64,000 nucleotides of DNA, from the NCBI RefSeq assembly GCF_009914755.1, contig NC_060947.1; one strand, written 5' to 3'. Position 1 is the stretch's first letter. The number at the start of each line of letters is the position of its first letter. Shown here one piece after another: positions 1 to 13,132 of this stretch. Origin of the DNA: the human T2T-CHM13v2.0 reference genome, Homo sapiens. Both the position numbers and the translations under genes were made by a program. The notes under the pieces are model-generated. The model had not been told where the DNA came from, made no database searches, and saw only the letters and a program-made list of their open reading frames with translations.

Positions 1-992
<992 letters not shown>

Positions 993-1075
993 TTATCTCT
1001 ATTTTAAAGATGAAGAAAACTGAGGCTTAAGGAAGCTGATTTACTCTCTCAAAGACAGGACTACAATTTGAATCT
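993..1075 (-). mobile_element. MIR fragment
   Basis: attttaaagatgaagaaaactgaggct MIR core. Confidence 0.65.
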
Positions 1076-1625
1076 TCTTCGATTCAACAAAGACCACCAT
1101 TTATCATTTCATTATGTGAGGCATTATTATGGAAAATACAAAGCTGAATGAGATAATAGTGCCTGCCCTTGAGGGCTTCCAGTGACACTCTGACATAGGT
1201 CAAAGAGATAGCATGAACTGATTCAGAAAAGGTAGTGGCTTTTCCATGGTCATAGTTTACTAGAGTATTATATTTAAGAAGGACTAGAACTCAGGTTTCC
1301 TAACTACTACTCTACTTATCTTTCCCCTGCTTTTCAAACATAAAGGAGATACTGATCCTCTTTTTCTTCAAGATTCCTGAAGCATCCCTTCGTTTTATTA
1401 CTGTACATGTATTTATATTTCTGTGTTTATGTATTTATATTATACATAAACAAAAACTTAGATCAATTAAATTCCCTCCCCTACTATGGAAGAATGACTG
1501 TTAGGTAGTGTTAAGTAGATCAGAAACAACTGCTTTTCTTCAATGTTTTTGATCAGTTTAAAAATTTTCAGAGGTATAGATTTTACCTTTCTTGAATTGA
1601 ACAGCCCCCTTGCCATTCTTCAACA

Positions 1626-1924
1626 CTGGAATGTCTAATATAATGTGAGCACATAGGTAATTTGAAAATGTCTAGTAGCCACATTTTAAAAATGTTTAAA
1701 AATGGGTGAAATCAATTTAAATGATAATATCCAAAATATTATAATTTCAACATGTAGTCTACAAAAACAAATATTACTGAGACATTTTATATTATTTTTT
1801 CTTACTCCATTTTCAAAATCTGGTGTGTATTTTGCATTTATAGCACATCTCACTTCAAATTAGCCACTTTGCAAGTACTTGATACCCACATGTGATTGGT
1901 GGCTACCTAATTAGACAACATAGC
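1626..1924. mobile_element. MER33 (hAT-Charlie)
   Basis: ctagtagccacattt...tctggtgtgtattttgcatttatagcacatctca...ggtggctacc matches the recalled MER33 consensus. Confidence 0.8.
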
Positions 1925-2070
1925 TTCAGCAAGTACTCTGGGTGTACATATCAAGATTCACCATCCCAAATCTGAACATATCTCATCACCTTGCTTAATA
2001 CTTCGTGGGTCAAAACCACCATTCTCTCTTCCCTGGATTATTTGGAGCACCTCATAATTGGTCTCCTGAT

Positions 2071-2378
2071 TGGATAATTTATAGTGAACAGAAATTTATT
2101 TCTTACAGTTCTGGAGGCTGGGAAATCTAAGATTGAGGGGCTGGCATCTTGTGAGGGCCTTCTTGCTGTGTCATCCCATGGTAGAAGGTGGAAGAACAAG
2201 AAAGGGCAGAGATTGAACTCATAGCCTCAAGCCTTTTTATAATCAGCATTAATCCATTTGTGAGGATGGAGCCCCCATGACCTAAATACCCCTCATTAGG
2301 CTCCACCTCTCAATACTATTGCATTGGAGATTAAATTTCCAACATATGCTTTTTGGGGGAGACATTCACACTATAGCA
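2071..2378 (-). mobile_element. MaLR LTR (MLT1A/MSTD-like)
   Basis: cagaaatttatttcttacagttctggaggctggg...acattcacactatagca. Confidence 0.8.
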
Positions 2379-2464
2379 CTCTCCCTCAAATGTTCTCCAT
2401 TCTCTTCTTCCTCTGTTTCTCAAAAAAAGCTAAGGTTATTCTTCAAGGTGTTTGTACTTACTTA

Positions 2465-2830
2465 TGTTAAAGAACAATTTTCAAAAAATATAATGACTCT
2501 CATACAGGTATTAAATGAGCATGTGTTAAAGATTTTATTTAACTCATTAACAATGAGAGAACCAGTAAGATGTCACAGCCAATTCAAAAGTGAATCCAAC
2601 GGGCACATTTAGAGATCATGGATATTGGGAGAATTTGTAAATGGAGGCAAAATCAGTCTTTTCCTCATTGGGGGAGGGAAGTTAATTAAACCCCCATAGA
2701 AAAACTTTATTACATCTCTACAGACCAGCATTATTTTGCATTTCTGTCACTTATATACCACTTAACAGAATTGTGCAATAACTCAAAGGTAAAGAAAGGC
2801 ATAGAGCCCCATAAAATCAGAATCAAATAA
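2465..2830. mobile_element. Ancient LTR-like fragment (LTR37-like; tentative)
   Basis: Starts tgttaaag; shares the motif ttaactcattaa..tgagagaaccagtaagatg with 3578-3976. Confidence 0.35.
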
Positions 2831-2851
2831 CCCAGAAGGGTGTGTTTTAAA

Positions 2852-3073
2852 CCGGTTTCCCTTGGCACCATTGACATTATGAGCTGTATGTATAATTCTT
2901 GATTGTAGAGGGGAACTGTCCTGTATGTTGGAGGACGTTGAGAGGCATCCCTGACCTCTACCCACAAGATGCCAATGACACCCCCCACCCAACAGTTTTG
3001 ACAACCAAAAATATCTCCAGATATCACCAGGTGTCACCTGGAGGACATAACCACCCTCAGTTAGGAGTCATTG
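2852..3073 (+). mobile_element. MER20 (hAT-Charlie)
   Basis: ggcaccattgacatt...gcatccctgacctctacccacaagatgcca...gacaaccaaaaatatctccagat. Confidence 0.85.
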
Positions 3074-3114
3074 CTCTAAACAATGTATAGTTTTCTATTG
3101 AAGTACATTTTTTC

Positions 3115-3395
3115 CCACTCTTATTTCTCTATCTGAAATGTTCCTCTCCCATATCATTTCATGGCTCCCTCACTTTATTCAAGCCTTTGCTCAAATGTCA
3201 TCTCTCTCAAGAAACTTCTCTTATCACCATGTCTGAAATAGAACCCATTACCCAAACTGTCCTCTGCTTTATTCTTCCACATAGCACATTTCTTTCTCTT
3301 AAGCGTTGTTGTTTATTGCCTGGCTTCCCCTCTCTAGAACTTAAGTTCTCTGAGGTCATACACTTGTTGAATTAATGAATCAATTAATACATGAA
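3115..3395 (+). mobile_element. L2 3' end
   Basis: gctcaaatgtcatctctctcaagaaacttctc...ctagaacttaagttctctgagg...gttgaattaatgaat. Confidence 0.65.
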
Positions 3396-3577
3396 CTGAG
3401 AGAACTAAAACAAATGTACAAAATAATTAAAAGTATAAAAACATAGGTGTCATTGACATTGGATTTTCCCTCCTTTTTGCTGAAATAGCCACTTGAAACA
3501 TGAATAAGAAGTGAACTTCCATGGTGTCAGTTCTTTTGAGTCGGGCCCTCCTTTCCTTCCATGTAACTTGTGACGAT

Positions 3578-3976
3578 TATTGAAGCAAAAATTTCTTAAA
3601 CAAATTAATCTGAACACCAAAGTTTATTACTCATTAATGAGGAAACTAGCAGATGGAGAATGCCAGTTTGAAATAAAAGCCTTTAGGAGGAATAGACATA
3701 GGCTCTATATGAGGGGCTGATTTTGCACACAGCTTGGTTGGTAAGTTATGGCTCTGGTTTCTTTCATATGGTGCTTATCTTATCATAGCCCCAAAGTGGT
3801 TATTTCTTTACCAAGTGGCATGGGTTAATATTTTTGGGACAGGATCTTCAGAACCATTTTCCATATTTGCTAAACATGAGCCATTAATCAGAAATAACAG
3901 GTAATAAGTGTTATATATCGAGATGTAAACAACACACCAACTATCTGTGGCTATCACTTAGATGTAGCAAGTAACA
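3578..3976. mobile_element. Ancient LTR-like fragment related to 2465-2830
   Basis: Shared motif ttattactcattaatgaggaaactagcagatg; ends taaCA. Confidence 0.3.
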
Positions 3977-5047
3977 AGGTTTAATCCCCCAACAAAGAGG
4001 CAATTAGTAAATGGAACCAAACAGTAGCTAGCAAATGTCAACCAATATAGACATAGGTCCTGCTTCTCTTCCAAGCAGCTATTAGCAGATTTCTTTAGCA
4101 ATCAAAGACATTGAACACCCAGTTTGCTTAAATCTTTTTGGAGAAAAACCTTTTCTCTTAGGATTCATTAAATTTTCCAACCACACATCTCCCTCCCTGA
4201 ACTACTGTGACACCTGTTCATACTGCACACTGGGATGTAATTGGCCTTTATTCTGGTGTAATTGATGATCTATGTTATTAAGTCTGTCTCTGTTTTCCCT
4301 CATTAGTAGTGGGACAATTGAAATAGACACTAAGACAGAGGCAAGATTAAGTCATTAGTGGTGCCTCCTCTTTTTACTAACTCAAAGCTGGTTAGTTTGC
4401 CCCTCTGTGCAAACTTCATTTATCTTTGAAATGGGGATGACAATGGAACTTACTTGATTGGATTGTGACAACTACTAAAATAAAATGATAACTCTAAACA
4501 GTAAGAGCTCAACAAATTTCTTAAAGGTGATTATCCTGCTAATCCATATTATGTCTGAATTAATTATAAAATCACCACCAAAAGATAAGTTTAATAAACT
4601 GCTATGAAGGACTTACCTCCTCTGAAAGCCCAATATCAGAACTCCAAACATCTAAAATCCCCTACTTGAGAAATACCATTCTTTACCAAAATGCCATGCC
4701 ATGGATGTAGTGCTGAGAAGTAAACATAAACAGGAAAATGCTACAATTGCAACATTTTTAATGCAAAGGTGGAGTTACAAATTTAATAGCACATTTCCAA
4801 GACTCCTTTAATGAGGAGAATGACTGCCCCTGAATAGTACTGCTCAGACATTTTTAGGTACACTTCCTATGTACTGCAGCTGATACAGCAGTGCTTATGC
4901 TCTGCTCATGATACTACTGCCTAGCAGTGACCATTCTCCCAGAACATGCCACAAATCTTGATAGCCATGTCCCCAAAAGACTTTCCTCAGAGAGATCAGG
5001 CTTCCCTCAGAGAACACAAAACACTATTTTGCCTTGTGATGGGAGCC

Positions 5048-5503
5048 TGATATGGTTTAGCTCTGTGTCCCCACCCAAATCTCACCTTGAATTGTAATAA
5101 TCCCCACATGTCAAGGATGGGACCAGGTGGAGATAACTGAATCATGAGAGTGGTTTCCCCCATGCTGTTCTCATGATAGTGAGTGAGTTCTCATGTGATC
5201 TAATGGTTTTATAGGGGCTTCCCCCTTCTCTTGGTACTTCTCTCTCCTGGCGCCATGTGAAGAAGGACGTGTTTGCTTCCCCTTCTGCCATGATTGTAAG
5301 TTTCCTGGGGCCTCCTCAGCCAGGCAGAACTGTGAGTCAGCCCTGACCCATGCTAAGCAATTGAATTAAATTTTAACAGACACTTTTGAAATGGTCTAAC
5401 TTTATCTAAATGTTTTATGTTACATGTTAAGTAACTTCTTTCCTTTATAAATTACCCAGTCCCAGGAAGTTTTTTTATAGCAGTGTGAGAATGGACTAAT
5501 ACA
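5048..5503 (+). mobile_element. THE1C/D-type MaLR solo LTR with an internal ~97-bp foreign insert
   Basis: tgatatggtttagctctgtgtccccacccaaatctc...gaatggactaataca; non-LTR sequence at 5340-5437. Confidence 0.9.
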
Positions 5504-6159
5504 ATGCCCAAGGGCCTGAGGATACCAGGAACAACAGCTGCCTTCATCTAAAGTAGAGTTGGGTCAAATTCTAACCCACCTCCACCTCTCCTTCCTTTGG
5601 CACCCCCATCATCCTAGCTCCCATTGTGCCTCCTTTGGCATCAGAGTGACCCTCCACCATCACTGGCTCTGAATAAATAGCCTTTGGTCCTACCTTCCAG
5701 CTACGTGGTCTCACAGGCAATGCCAGCTAAGTCCCAGAAATGTTGGCTGCTAACAGGTTAGGCATTTGCTCTGACTCATGGCATTTGCATTTTCACTGGT
5801 AATTTTTGAAGGCAGCCCAGAAATGTTAGACTGAAGACTCTGAAGTAAGAAGATCTTGCTTTAGAAATGATCTTTCCTGAGCCTCAGTTTCTCTAATCCC
5901 TAAAAAAGGTAACCCATAAATATATACACCTATTAAGTACCCACAAAAATGAAAAATTATAAAAAAGGGGAATATACTGCTCTCACAGGCTTGTTGAGAA
6001 AATTAAATGGGGTTAAAGGTGATAAAATAAATAAAATAAGAAAACACACCACAGATGACCATGTGACACAAATTGAGGAGTATGATGAACACAGATCTTT
6101 ACACCCAAGGACCAGAAAATTGAAAAGAAAAAAAGAATATTTGGCTAGAAATCTCTAAA

Positions 6160-6325
6160 CTAGTGGTTCTCAAAATTGATCATCAGCATCCCTTAGATCA
6201 CCAGGCCCTACTCCTGAGTTTCTGATTCAGCAGAGTTTGGGTGGAGCCTGAGAGTCAGCATTACTCACACAGTCCAGGTGCTGCTGAGGTTGCCCATCTG
6301 CAGATTACCCTTTAAGAAGCCTTGG
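6160..6325. mobile_element. MER5A (hAT-Charlie)
   Basis: tagtggttctcaaa...gagtttctgattcagcagagtttgggtggagcctgaga. Confidence 0.75.
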
Positions 6326-6329
6326 TCTA

Positions 6330-7285
6330 CTACAGAACGGGAGAAAATTTTCGCCATCTACCCATCTGACAAAGGGCTAATATCCAGAATCTACAAAGAA
6401 CTTAAACAAATTTACAAGAAAAAAAACAACCCCATCAAAAAGTGGGCAAAGGATATGAACAGACACTTCTCAAAAGAAGACATTTATGCAGCCAACAGAC
6501 ACATGAAAAAATGCTCATCATCACTGGCCATCAGAGAAATGCAAATCAAAACCACGATACCTAGCTGTGAGATACCATCTCACACCAGTTAGAATGGTGA
6601 TCATTAAAAAGTCAGGAAATGATAGATGCCAGAGAGGATGTGGAGAAATAGGAATGCTTTTACACTGTTGGTGGGACTGTAAACTAGTTCAACCATTGTG
6701 GAAGACAATGTGGCAATTCCTCAAGGATCTAGAACTAGAAATACCATTTGACCCAGCCATCCCATTACTGGGTATATACCCAAAGGATTATAAATCATGC
6801 TACTATAAAGACACATGCACATGTATGTTTATTGTGGCACTATTCACAATAGCAAAAACTTGGAACCAACCCAAATGTCCATCAATGATAGACTGGATTA
6901 AGAAAATGTGGCACATATACACCATGGAATACTATGCAGCCATAAAAAAGGATGAGTTTATGTCCTTTGCAGGGACATGGATGAAGCTGGAAACCATCAT
7001 TCTGAGCAAACTATCACAAGGACAGAAAACCAAACACCGCATGTTCTCACTTACAGGTGGGATTTGAACAATGAGAACACTTGGACACAGGGTGGGGAAC
7101 ATCACACACAGGGGCCTATTGTGGGGTAGAGGGCAGGGGGAGGGATAGCATTAGGAGAAATACCTAATATAAATGATGAGTTAATGGGTACAGCAAACAT
7201 GGCACATGTATACCTATGTAACAAACCTGCACATTGTGCACATGTACCCTAGAACTTAAAGTATAATAATAAAAAAATTTAAAAA
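6330..7285 (+). mobile_element. 5'-truncated L1PA (about PA6-PA8): ORF2 C-terminus, 3'UTR and poly(A), with 16-bp TSD
   Basis: ORF track gives L1 ORF2 C-terminus ([16 protein letters not shown]); TSD aagaagccttggtcta 6314-6329 / aagaagccctggtcta 7286-7301; ttt/aagaa endonuclease-type site. Confidence 0.95.
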
Positions 7286-7304
7286 AAGAAGCCCTGGTCT
7301 AAAT

Positions 7305-7482
7305 TAGTGAGTCTCCATCCTGACTGTACATATCCTTGGAATTGTTTGGGAGTTTGAACATTACTTATGCCTAAGTTCCCCTCCTCAAAGTTTTGGATTT
7401 AAGTAGTCTGGGGTGCAGCCTGGACATCAGGATTATTATAGGCCCAGGGAATCTATTATGCATCCAAAATTGAGAATCACTG
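7305..7482. mobile_element. MER5B-like
   Basis: gtctggggtgcagcctggacatcaggat...ccaaaattgagaatcactg. Confidence 0.7.
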
Positions 7483-7793
7483 CTCTCTACCAAGAAGCAG
7501 CATGAACTAATTAGTTGATTTTATTGTTACACCATATTCCTGCTAGGCTAGGCCGGCTTTTTCTGTGCATTCACTACACCCACTCCTTAAAATCTTCTGA
7601 TATCTTAGGACAGTGAACTGAATTATGGGCCACCCTAGACCAAAGGGAGAACAAGCAGATGGACCTACTTATGACACCTACCTAGGTGGCCCCTAGCTAG
7701 GTACAGTCACAGCTTAAAATGGTACCAAGTGAATTTTAAGTTCTGGGTATAGGATTTTCCACCCTAAGAATATGTGAAAATCACCTGAGAAAC

Positions 7794-7920
7794 TTTTTTT
7801 TTTTGAGGCAAGTTCTTACTATGTTGCCCAGGCTGATCTCAAACTCCTGGGCTCAAGCCAACCCTCCCGTCTCAGTCTGCCAAGTACCTGAGACTATAGG
7901 TGCATGCCATTGAGCCCACC
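7794..7920 (-). mobile_element. FLAM (free left Alu monomer) inserted in a MER5 fragment (about 7750-8270)
   Basis: poly(T) then cttactatgttgcccaggctgatctcaaactcctgggctcaagc; single monomer. Confidence 0.85.
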
Positions 7921-7976
7921 ATCTGAGAGAATTTTAAGAAAGCCTGATTGATTGATGTGTAACCCACCACCCCAAA

Positions 7977-8150
7977 GCCAAGGTTTTTAACCTTGGCCAT
8001 CTGTTGGAATCACCTGGGAACTTAAAAAAAATTACTGGGGTTCCAACCCCAGAGATTCTGATACAATTGGTCTGGGTGTGGCTGGGGCATGGGAACTTGT
8101 AAAACCTCCCCAGGGGATTCTAATGTGCAGCCAAGGTTAAGAATGTCTGG
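7977..8150. mobile_element. MER5-family element
   Basis: ttggaatcacctggga...ccagagattctgatacaattggtctggg...gattctaatgtgcagccaaggttaaga. Confidence 0.8.
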
Positions 8151-9077
8151 TCCAAGACAGGACTCTTCATTACGTATTCACAAGACTCTTCATGAGGTAT
8201 TTACAACTCCTCTATGTTTTTCAAACCCGCCAGGGATTCTAAAGTACAGGCAGGGCTGAGAACCATTGCTTTAAGTGGGAAGCCAACATAAAACAACAAA
8301 ATGGCAGTTACAATACTGTTATTATTTTTTAAAGTGCATATTTGCATAGGAAAAAGACTGAAATTATATGCTCCAAAATATGAATAGAATTCTTTTTGAG
8401 AGATGGGGTTACAAGTCATTTTTTATTTATGCTTTTCTTGATTTTCTGAAAATTTCTACAATGATTCCTAAAATCAGTGAGAAAAAAAATCCCATAAAAA
8501 TTGCTTTGTATTCAATACTAGATTATCATAGTAGAAAAATATGTCACCTTATTTTGTCCAAAGTAATGAATCTGTAAGCATACAACTTCATCCATATATC
8601 GAATTAAACTCTATAAGCTGATGTCTGTTATTTGATAGAGGAGGCTGGGTTTGTCATCTTTGTCTTTATTAGACCCTAAGAGTTTATTATGTTGATTGTA
8701 TCCTTCTTCTGCGGTGATTCTTTTAAAAATATTACTTGAAGGCATCCTCAGCCACTTACTGTTAAGGGACTTTGTGACATGACATAAATGTGTGCGTCCT
8801 CCAAAGACAGACATTTGCCTCTGAGATCCAGCAGAAGTCACTTCCCAGAAGAGCTCAGTTAATGCAGGGATTTCACAAATGACATTTCCTTTATGTCAAC
8901 ACAACCTCCAGCTTCATTTTCTGAAAGATAATCTAAGCTCTAAACTGAAAGTGGTCAGTGCTGTGAGACTGACTTCAATAAAGATTTGTTTACAGTTTAA
9001 CATTAAAGGAGTTTGACAGGATAGATTTAAATTGTAGTATTTTTCCCCCACTATTACAAAAACTACTCAATAGGGCG

Positions 9078-9122
9078 CTCTCTCGCTCTCGCTCTCTCTC
9101 TCTCTCTCTATATATATATCTC
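9078..9122. repeat. Compound (CT)n(TA)n microsatellite
   Basis: ctctctcgctctcgctctctctctctctctctatatatatatctc. Confidence 0.9.
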
Positions 9123-9479
9123 CAGATAGTACAAAGTTTGGATATTTGATTGTTCTAGATAGGTGGAAAATTAATTTCCTTAATCCTGTAAACTTTTTTC
9201 CCTTCCATCCTCTTTTATCAAAAAGAATTGGTCACAAACAGTTGTAAACCTTCCATTTTGTACTTAAACTGTATTTAAAAGGAATTAAATGTGCTTGCTC
9301 TTACCCCAGGGGTTCACAAATGTTGGCAAACTTTTAAGGAGGTGTTTTTGTTGTTGTTTTGGTTCTTAATATGTAACACAAAAACATCTATATAAAGTTA
9401 GGCCATTTCAAAAGTATCTGTTAAAATGTAATTCAATTGCTTAACAAGGGTCACTGACTGTGCCAGTCTGAGACAACTC

Positions 9480-10320
9480 ACAGATCACTGAGACACATCC
9501 CTACTTTCAAGGAATTTACAAATTGCAGGGGAGATGTGTATGTTTACACATCACTAAAAATGCAAATCATTAAATTAGAAACCCAAGCAGACCACCATAT
9601 ACAAACAAAATGCTATGTAAACACAGAAAAAAATGGAGAAAATAATGTAAGCCAGAGAGAAACACTGAGCTGCATGGATATGGCTGGCAGCTCTAGAGCT
9701 ACACCTAAAGGAAAGATTGGATTTCAGCAGTCACAAATGGGAAGAAGGGGTGGAAAGTCATCTCAGTTAGACTGAACAAGGGAAGGAATGGATTACGGAT
9801 AGAAAAGCTCACGGAATGTTCAGACTTAAGTAGATAGTTGGATGGAGCTTGTATCTAGAGGCATGGGAGGTCTCAGGCCACCTTGTGGGTGGGCTTCAGA
9901 AGTGAGGTGGGAAGTTTGAGTGTTAACCTGCAGGCATTGCAGAGCTGCTAAGGGCTTGTTCAAAGACAGGGTGTGACTGAACTTCAGCTGCAGATGTGCT
10001 CTGGCAGGAGGCAGGGAGACCCAATAGGAACCTGCTGTAGCAAATGAGTGTGAGGTAATAAGACCCTGGTGATAAGGGCCTGGGCAGGGCAACCTAGGTA
10101 CAGAATGGCAGACAGAAGCAACCTTGGGGAGGAAGATACTCCTCCAGACCTGCAGGCTGAGCAGATAGATGAGGGGCCAGAAAGAGAAGAGGTGTGTATG
10201 ATGGTTGAGGTTTTGTACCTGGGCATCTTGGGGACGGAGACACCAGTAACTAGAGGAGAAAGAAGTAGGTTTGGGGGCAGGAAAACAAAGCCACTGAACT
10301 CAGTTTTTGATAAGCTATCA
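9480..10320 (-). mobile_element. Degenerate L2 fragments
   Basis: Purine-rich segments typical of antisense L2 (ccctactttcaaggaatttaca; ggaagtttgagtgttaacctgcaggcattgcagagc; gagaagtaggtttggggg). Confidence 0.55.
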
Positions 10321-10344
10321 GCAATGTTGAACTTAACCTTACCC

Positions 10345-10842
10345 GTGTGACCCTGGGAAATAGTGCCAGTTAAAGAAACACCCCCACTCCTTTGTGTTTC
10401 AGAAACTGGCTTACTGCAAATAACTATCTTTCCCCATATGACTTAGGTAAGGGCCATGGGTGTCTCCTTGTTTACCTGTGAGAAGGCCAGACACAGACCC
10501 TGTACATTCCCATTCTTTGTCTCATACATGATTAGCTGAACTGCTTGTTCCACTGATCAATCAAAACCAGAGGCTTGTTAAGCAAGCTTCGGTCCAACTT
10601 CTTTCTCACCCCTGGTCCTGAAACTTCGGCTCATTTTCAGTTTGAGCCACCAAATGAGTGAATGAATAAATAAATAAATAAGAAAAAGAAAAACCCTTTT
10701 TGCCTAAGCCTTGAGACACTTGCAGACCTTATGGCCAGAGCAGAGCATCCTCCCTATTACAATAGTCCCTTTTTCTGCCTTGCAATAACCCTTTTGAAGA
10801 AAGCCTATCCTTACTAAGTCTGAATTTGTTTTTTATTTGACA
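10345..10842 (+). mobile_element. ERV1 solo LTR (MER31/MER67-like)
   Basis: tgtttacctgtgagaaggccagacacagaccc; ends ttttttatttgaCA. Confidence 0.6.
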
Positions 10843-11164
10843 CTATCAAATTGTAACCTCAGACTGCTGGCCTCTCAACTGTCGTTTGCATCAGCTTTGT
10901 CTACTAGCAGTTCTACTTCAGGGCTCTACTTGGCCACCAAGGTGCTGCTGATGAGGAAAATATTTGTCTTTTTCCTCTGGATTTGCATATTCTATTCACT
11001 TTCCCAGTTCTCCTTCTAGACAGCTCTAATCTCTGAGCAGGCAATACTTTCTCAGTATTGTCCATCAGATCATACCCTTCCAGCTAAATTCACTTGCTCA
11101 ATCTATAAGGCCAAACTCAAAGTCATACACATAGGCTACATAGGATGCATGATTCTACAGATAT

Positions 11165-11450
11165 CTATCCAACAGAAATAGAATTCAAGAAACAGATGCA
11201 AGCTACATATGTAATTTTAAATTTCCTAGTAGCCACATTAAAGAAAGAAAACAGAAAAAGGTAAAAATAATTTTAATAACGTATTTTATTCAACCCAATA
11301 TATCTAGATTATCAATATAAAATCAATAAATTCTTGAAATATTTTACATTCTTTTTTTTTTCACACTAACTACTCAGAATCCAGTGTATATTTTACACAT
11401 ATAGCCCATCTCAATTTGGGCTAGTACCTATTGTGTTTGACAGTACTGCT
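11165..11450. mobile_element. MER33 (second copy)
   Basis: gctacatatgtaattttaaatttcctagtagccacatt...atccagtgtatattttacacatatagcccatctcaattt. Confidence 0.8.
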
Positions 11451-11477
11451 ATAGATTATGATGTGTGATTTGCATCC

Positions 11478-11982
11478 ATATTGGTCAGAGACTAGCCAAC
11501 ATGCAGAAACCACTCAAGCATTTCAACAGAGGGATTTTAATGCAGGGAATAGGTTATATAGATGTTGAGAGAGCAGAAGCCAAACATATAATAGTGGGGC
11601 AACTCATGGATTAACAATGGTAGGAAGCCACCCATAGGCTGGAAGCACAGAGGAAGGAGGTGGCTTATGAGTGCTCAGGAGTTGGGATCAGCTGGTGGAA
11701 ACTGAAGCCTTAGTAGATCTATTTAGAAGAATCCATGACTATGGATGACACATGACTATTGCCAGAAAAGCAAGGTGAGGAGGGAGGGGAGAAATACCTT
11801 GGCTTCTCCCTCCAGCCCTTCAATCTCCCATCAGTGCCTCCTATTGACCAAATCCAGTTTGGAAGCCATCTGACATGTGACAGACTGGGAAATGCAGTCT
11901 GTGGAGTTCAACACCTTTTGATACAGGGAAGAGTAGGAAGAGGCCAAAGAATAGATCCGAGGGCAAACAACAGACCAGCACA
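11478..11982 (-). mobile_element. Ancient LTR (LTR78-like)
   Basis: aatctcccatcagtgcctcctattgaccaaatcca...gaagcca; similar to 29540-30000. Confidence 0.5.
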
Positions 11983-12711
11983 GCATTCTCTTATTGCTTA
12001 CATCTCCCTGCTAGTTATTTTAAACAGATAAGGGTAAATACCTAAGGAGATGTTAACTAGTGTTAAATTTCTGATTGCCAAACACTTGCTAGATGATTTG
12101 AATTTTGTTAATAATTTTTATAATAATACCTTTGCCATCAATTTCTTGTGAGGATTAAATAAAGAGAATCTGGCCCAGATGTGGTATTCATTATTATTAT
12201 TATAAATTAGCAAGTCAAGGAATTCTAGGCAGCTGGATATTAGCAAGTCCCACATCATGACTACAGAGGTAGGCAGCAAGACAGGGAGGGAGCTAGTAAA
12301 AATAGGCAGCAAGTCAGTGTTTCAATCCAATGGACCAGTTTCCAGCTTCATTTCTTATAAAAAAGTTATGTTTTGCTATCTAGTTAAGGCAAAAGACTTT
12401 GAGTAAGCCATTTAACCTCTCTATCTGAAATGCTAATGCCACCTTCCTAATCGATTATATAATCTGCTTGTCAAGTTAAGATAGATCTATCTATTTACAT
12501 GTCTTTGAAACACTGGCACCCTCTACAGATGAATGGCACCACCTTTGATTCTACCCTAAAGACTGAGAAAAATACTTTCAAAGATCAAGCTTAGCCCAGA
12601 CATGTTATCAACTTATCTTTGTCTTTCTCCTTCATAAGTACACTCTGATAAAGAGAGACTATATTGTGATGAGCTCTTCAATCTTAAGTAAAGAAAACCT
12701 TAAATACAAAA

Positions 12712-13132
12712 TGTCTTAAGTCGGGTTTCCTAGGAGCAGAACCTAAGACAGAAATGCTTGTGAATGTCATTTATTGAGCAAGTGTTCTCAAGACAAGGGA
12801 AGTAAGGGAAGCAGGATGGATTGGAGGAGAAAGCTAAACAAGGATGTGATGGAGATTAAGGTCTGCTTAATCTCAATGAGGAGCACTCATTGAGATTACA
12901 AATTTATTTTCATGTTGAGGTAAGTGGGCCAACCATTTGTACACCTGTGTGTGTCAGTCACTGGCCTCTGACTAGTGCCAGGGTTTGAGCATAACCTTCC
13001 TGGCCAGATGGCCATTCTTTGGAAGACAATGCTCAGGAGAAGAAAGTCGCTTTGGAAGACAAGCAACCAACACTCACAGCAGCTGGGGATTGGGTGAGCC
13101 CATTGGTAAAGGGGGTCTGGGTAGGGCACCAA
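12712..13132 (-). mobile_element. ERVL LTR33-like
   Basis: tgtcttaagtcgggtttcctaggagcagaacctaagac...ggtctgggtagggcacca. Confidence 0.65.

Noticed and set aside
8842-8850. STAT-type TTCCCAGAA site (similar sites near 26479 and 48034)
   Set aside because: Isolated 9-mers are expected by chance in 64 kb
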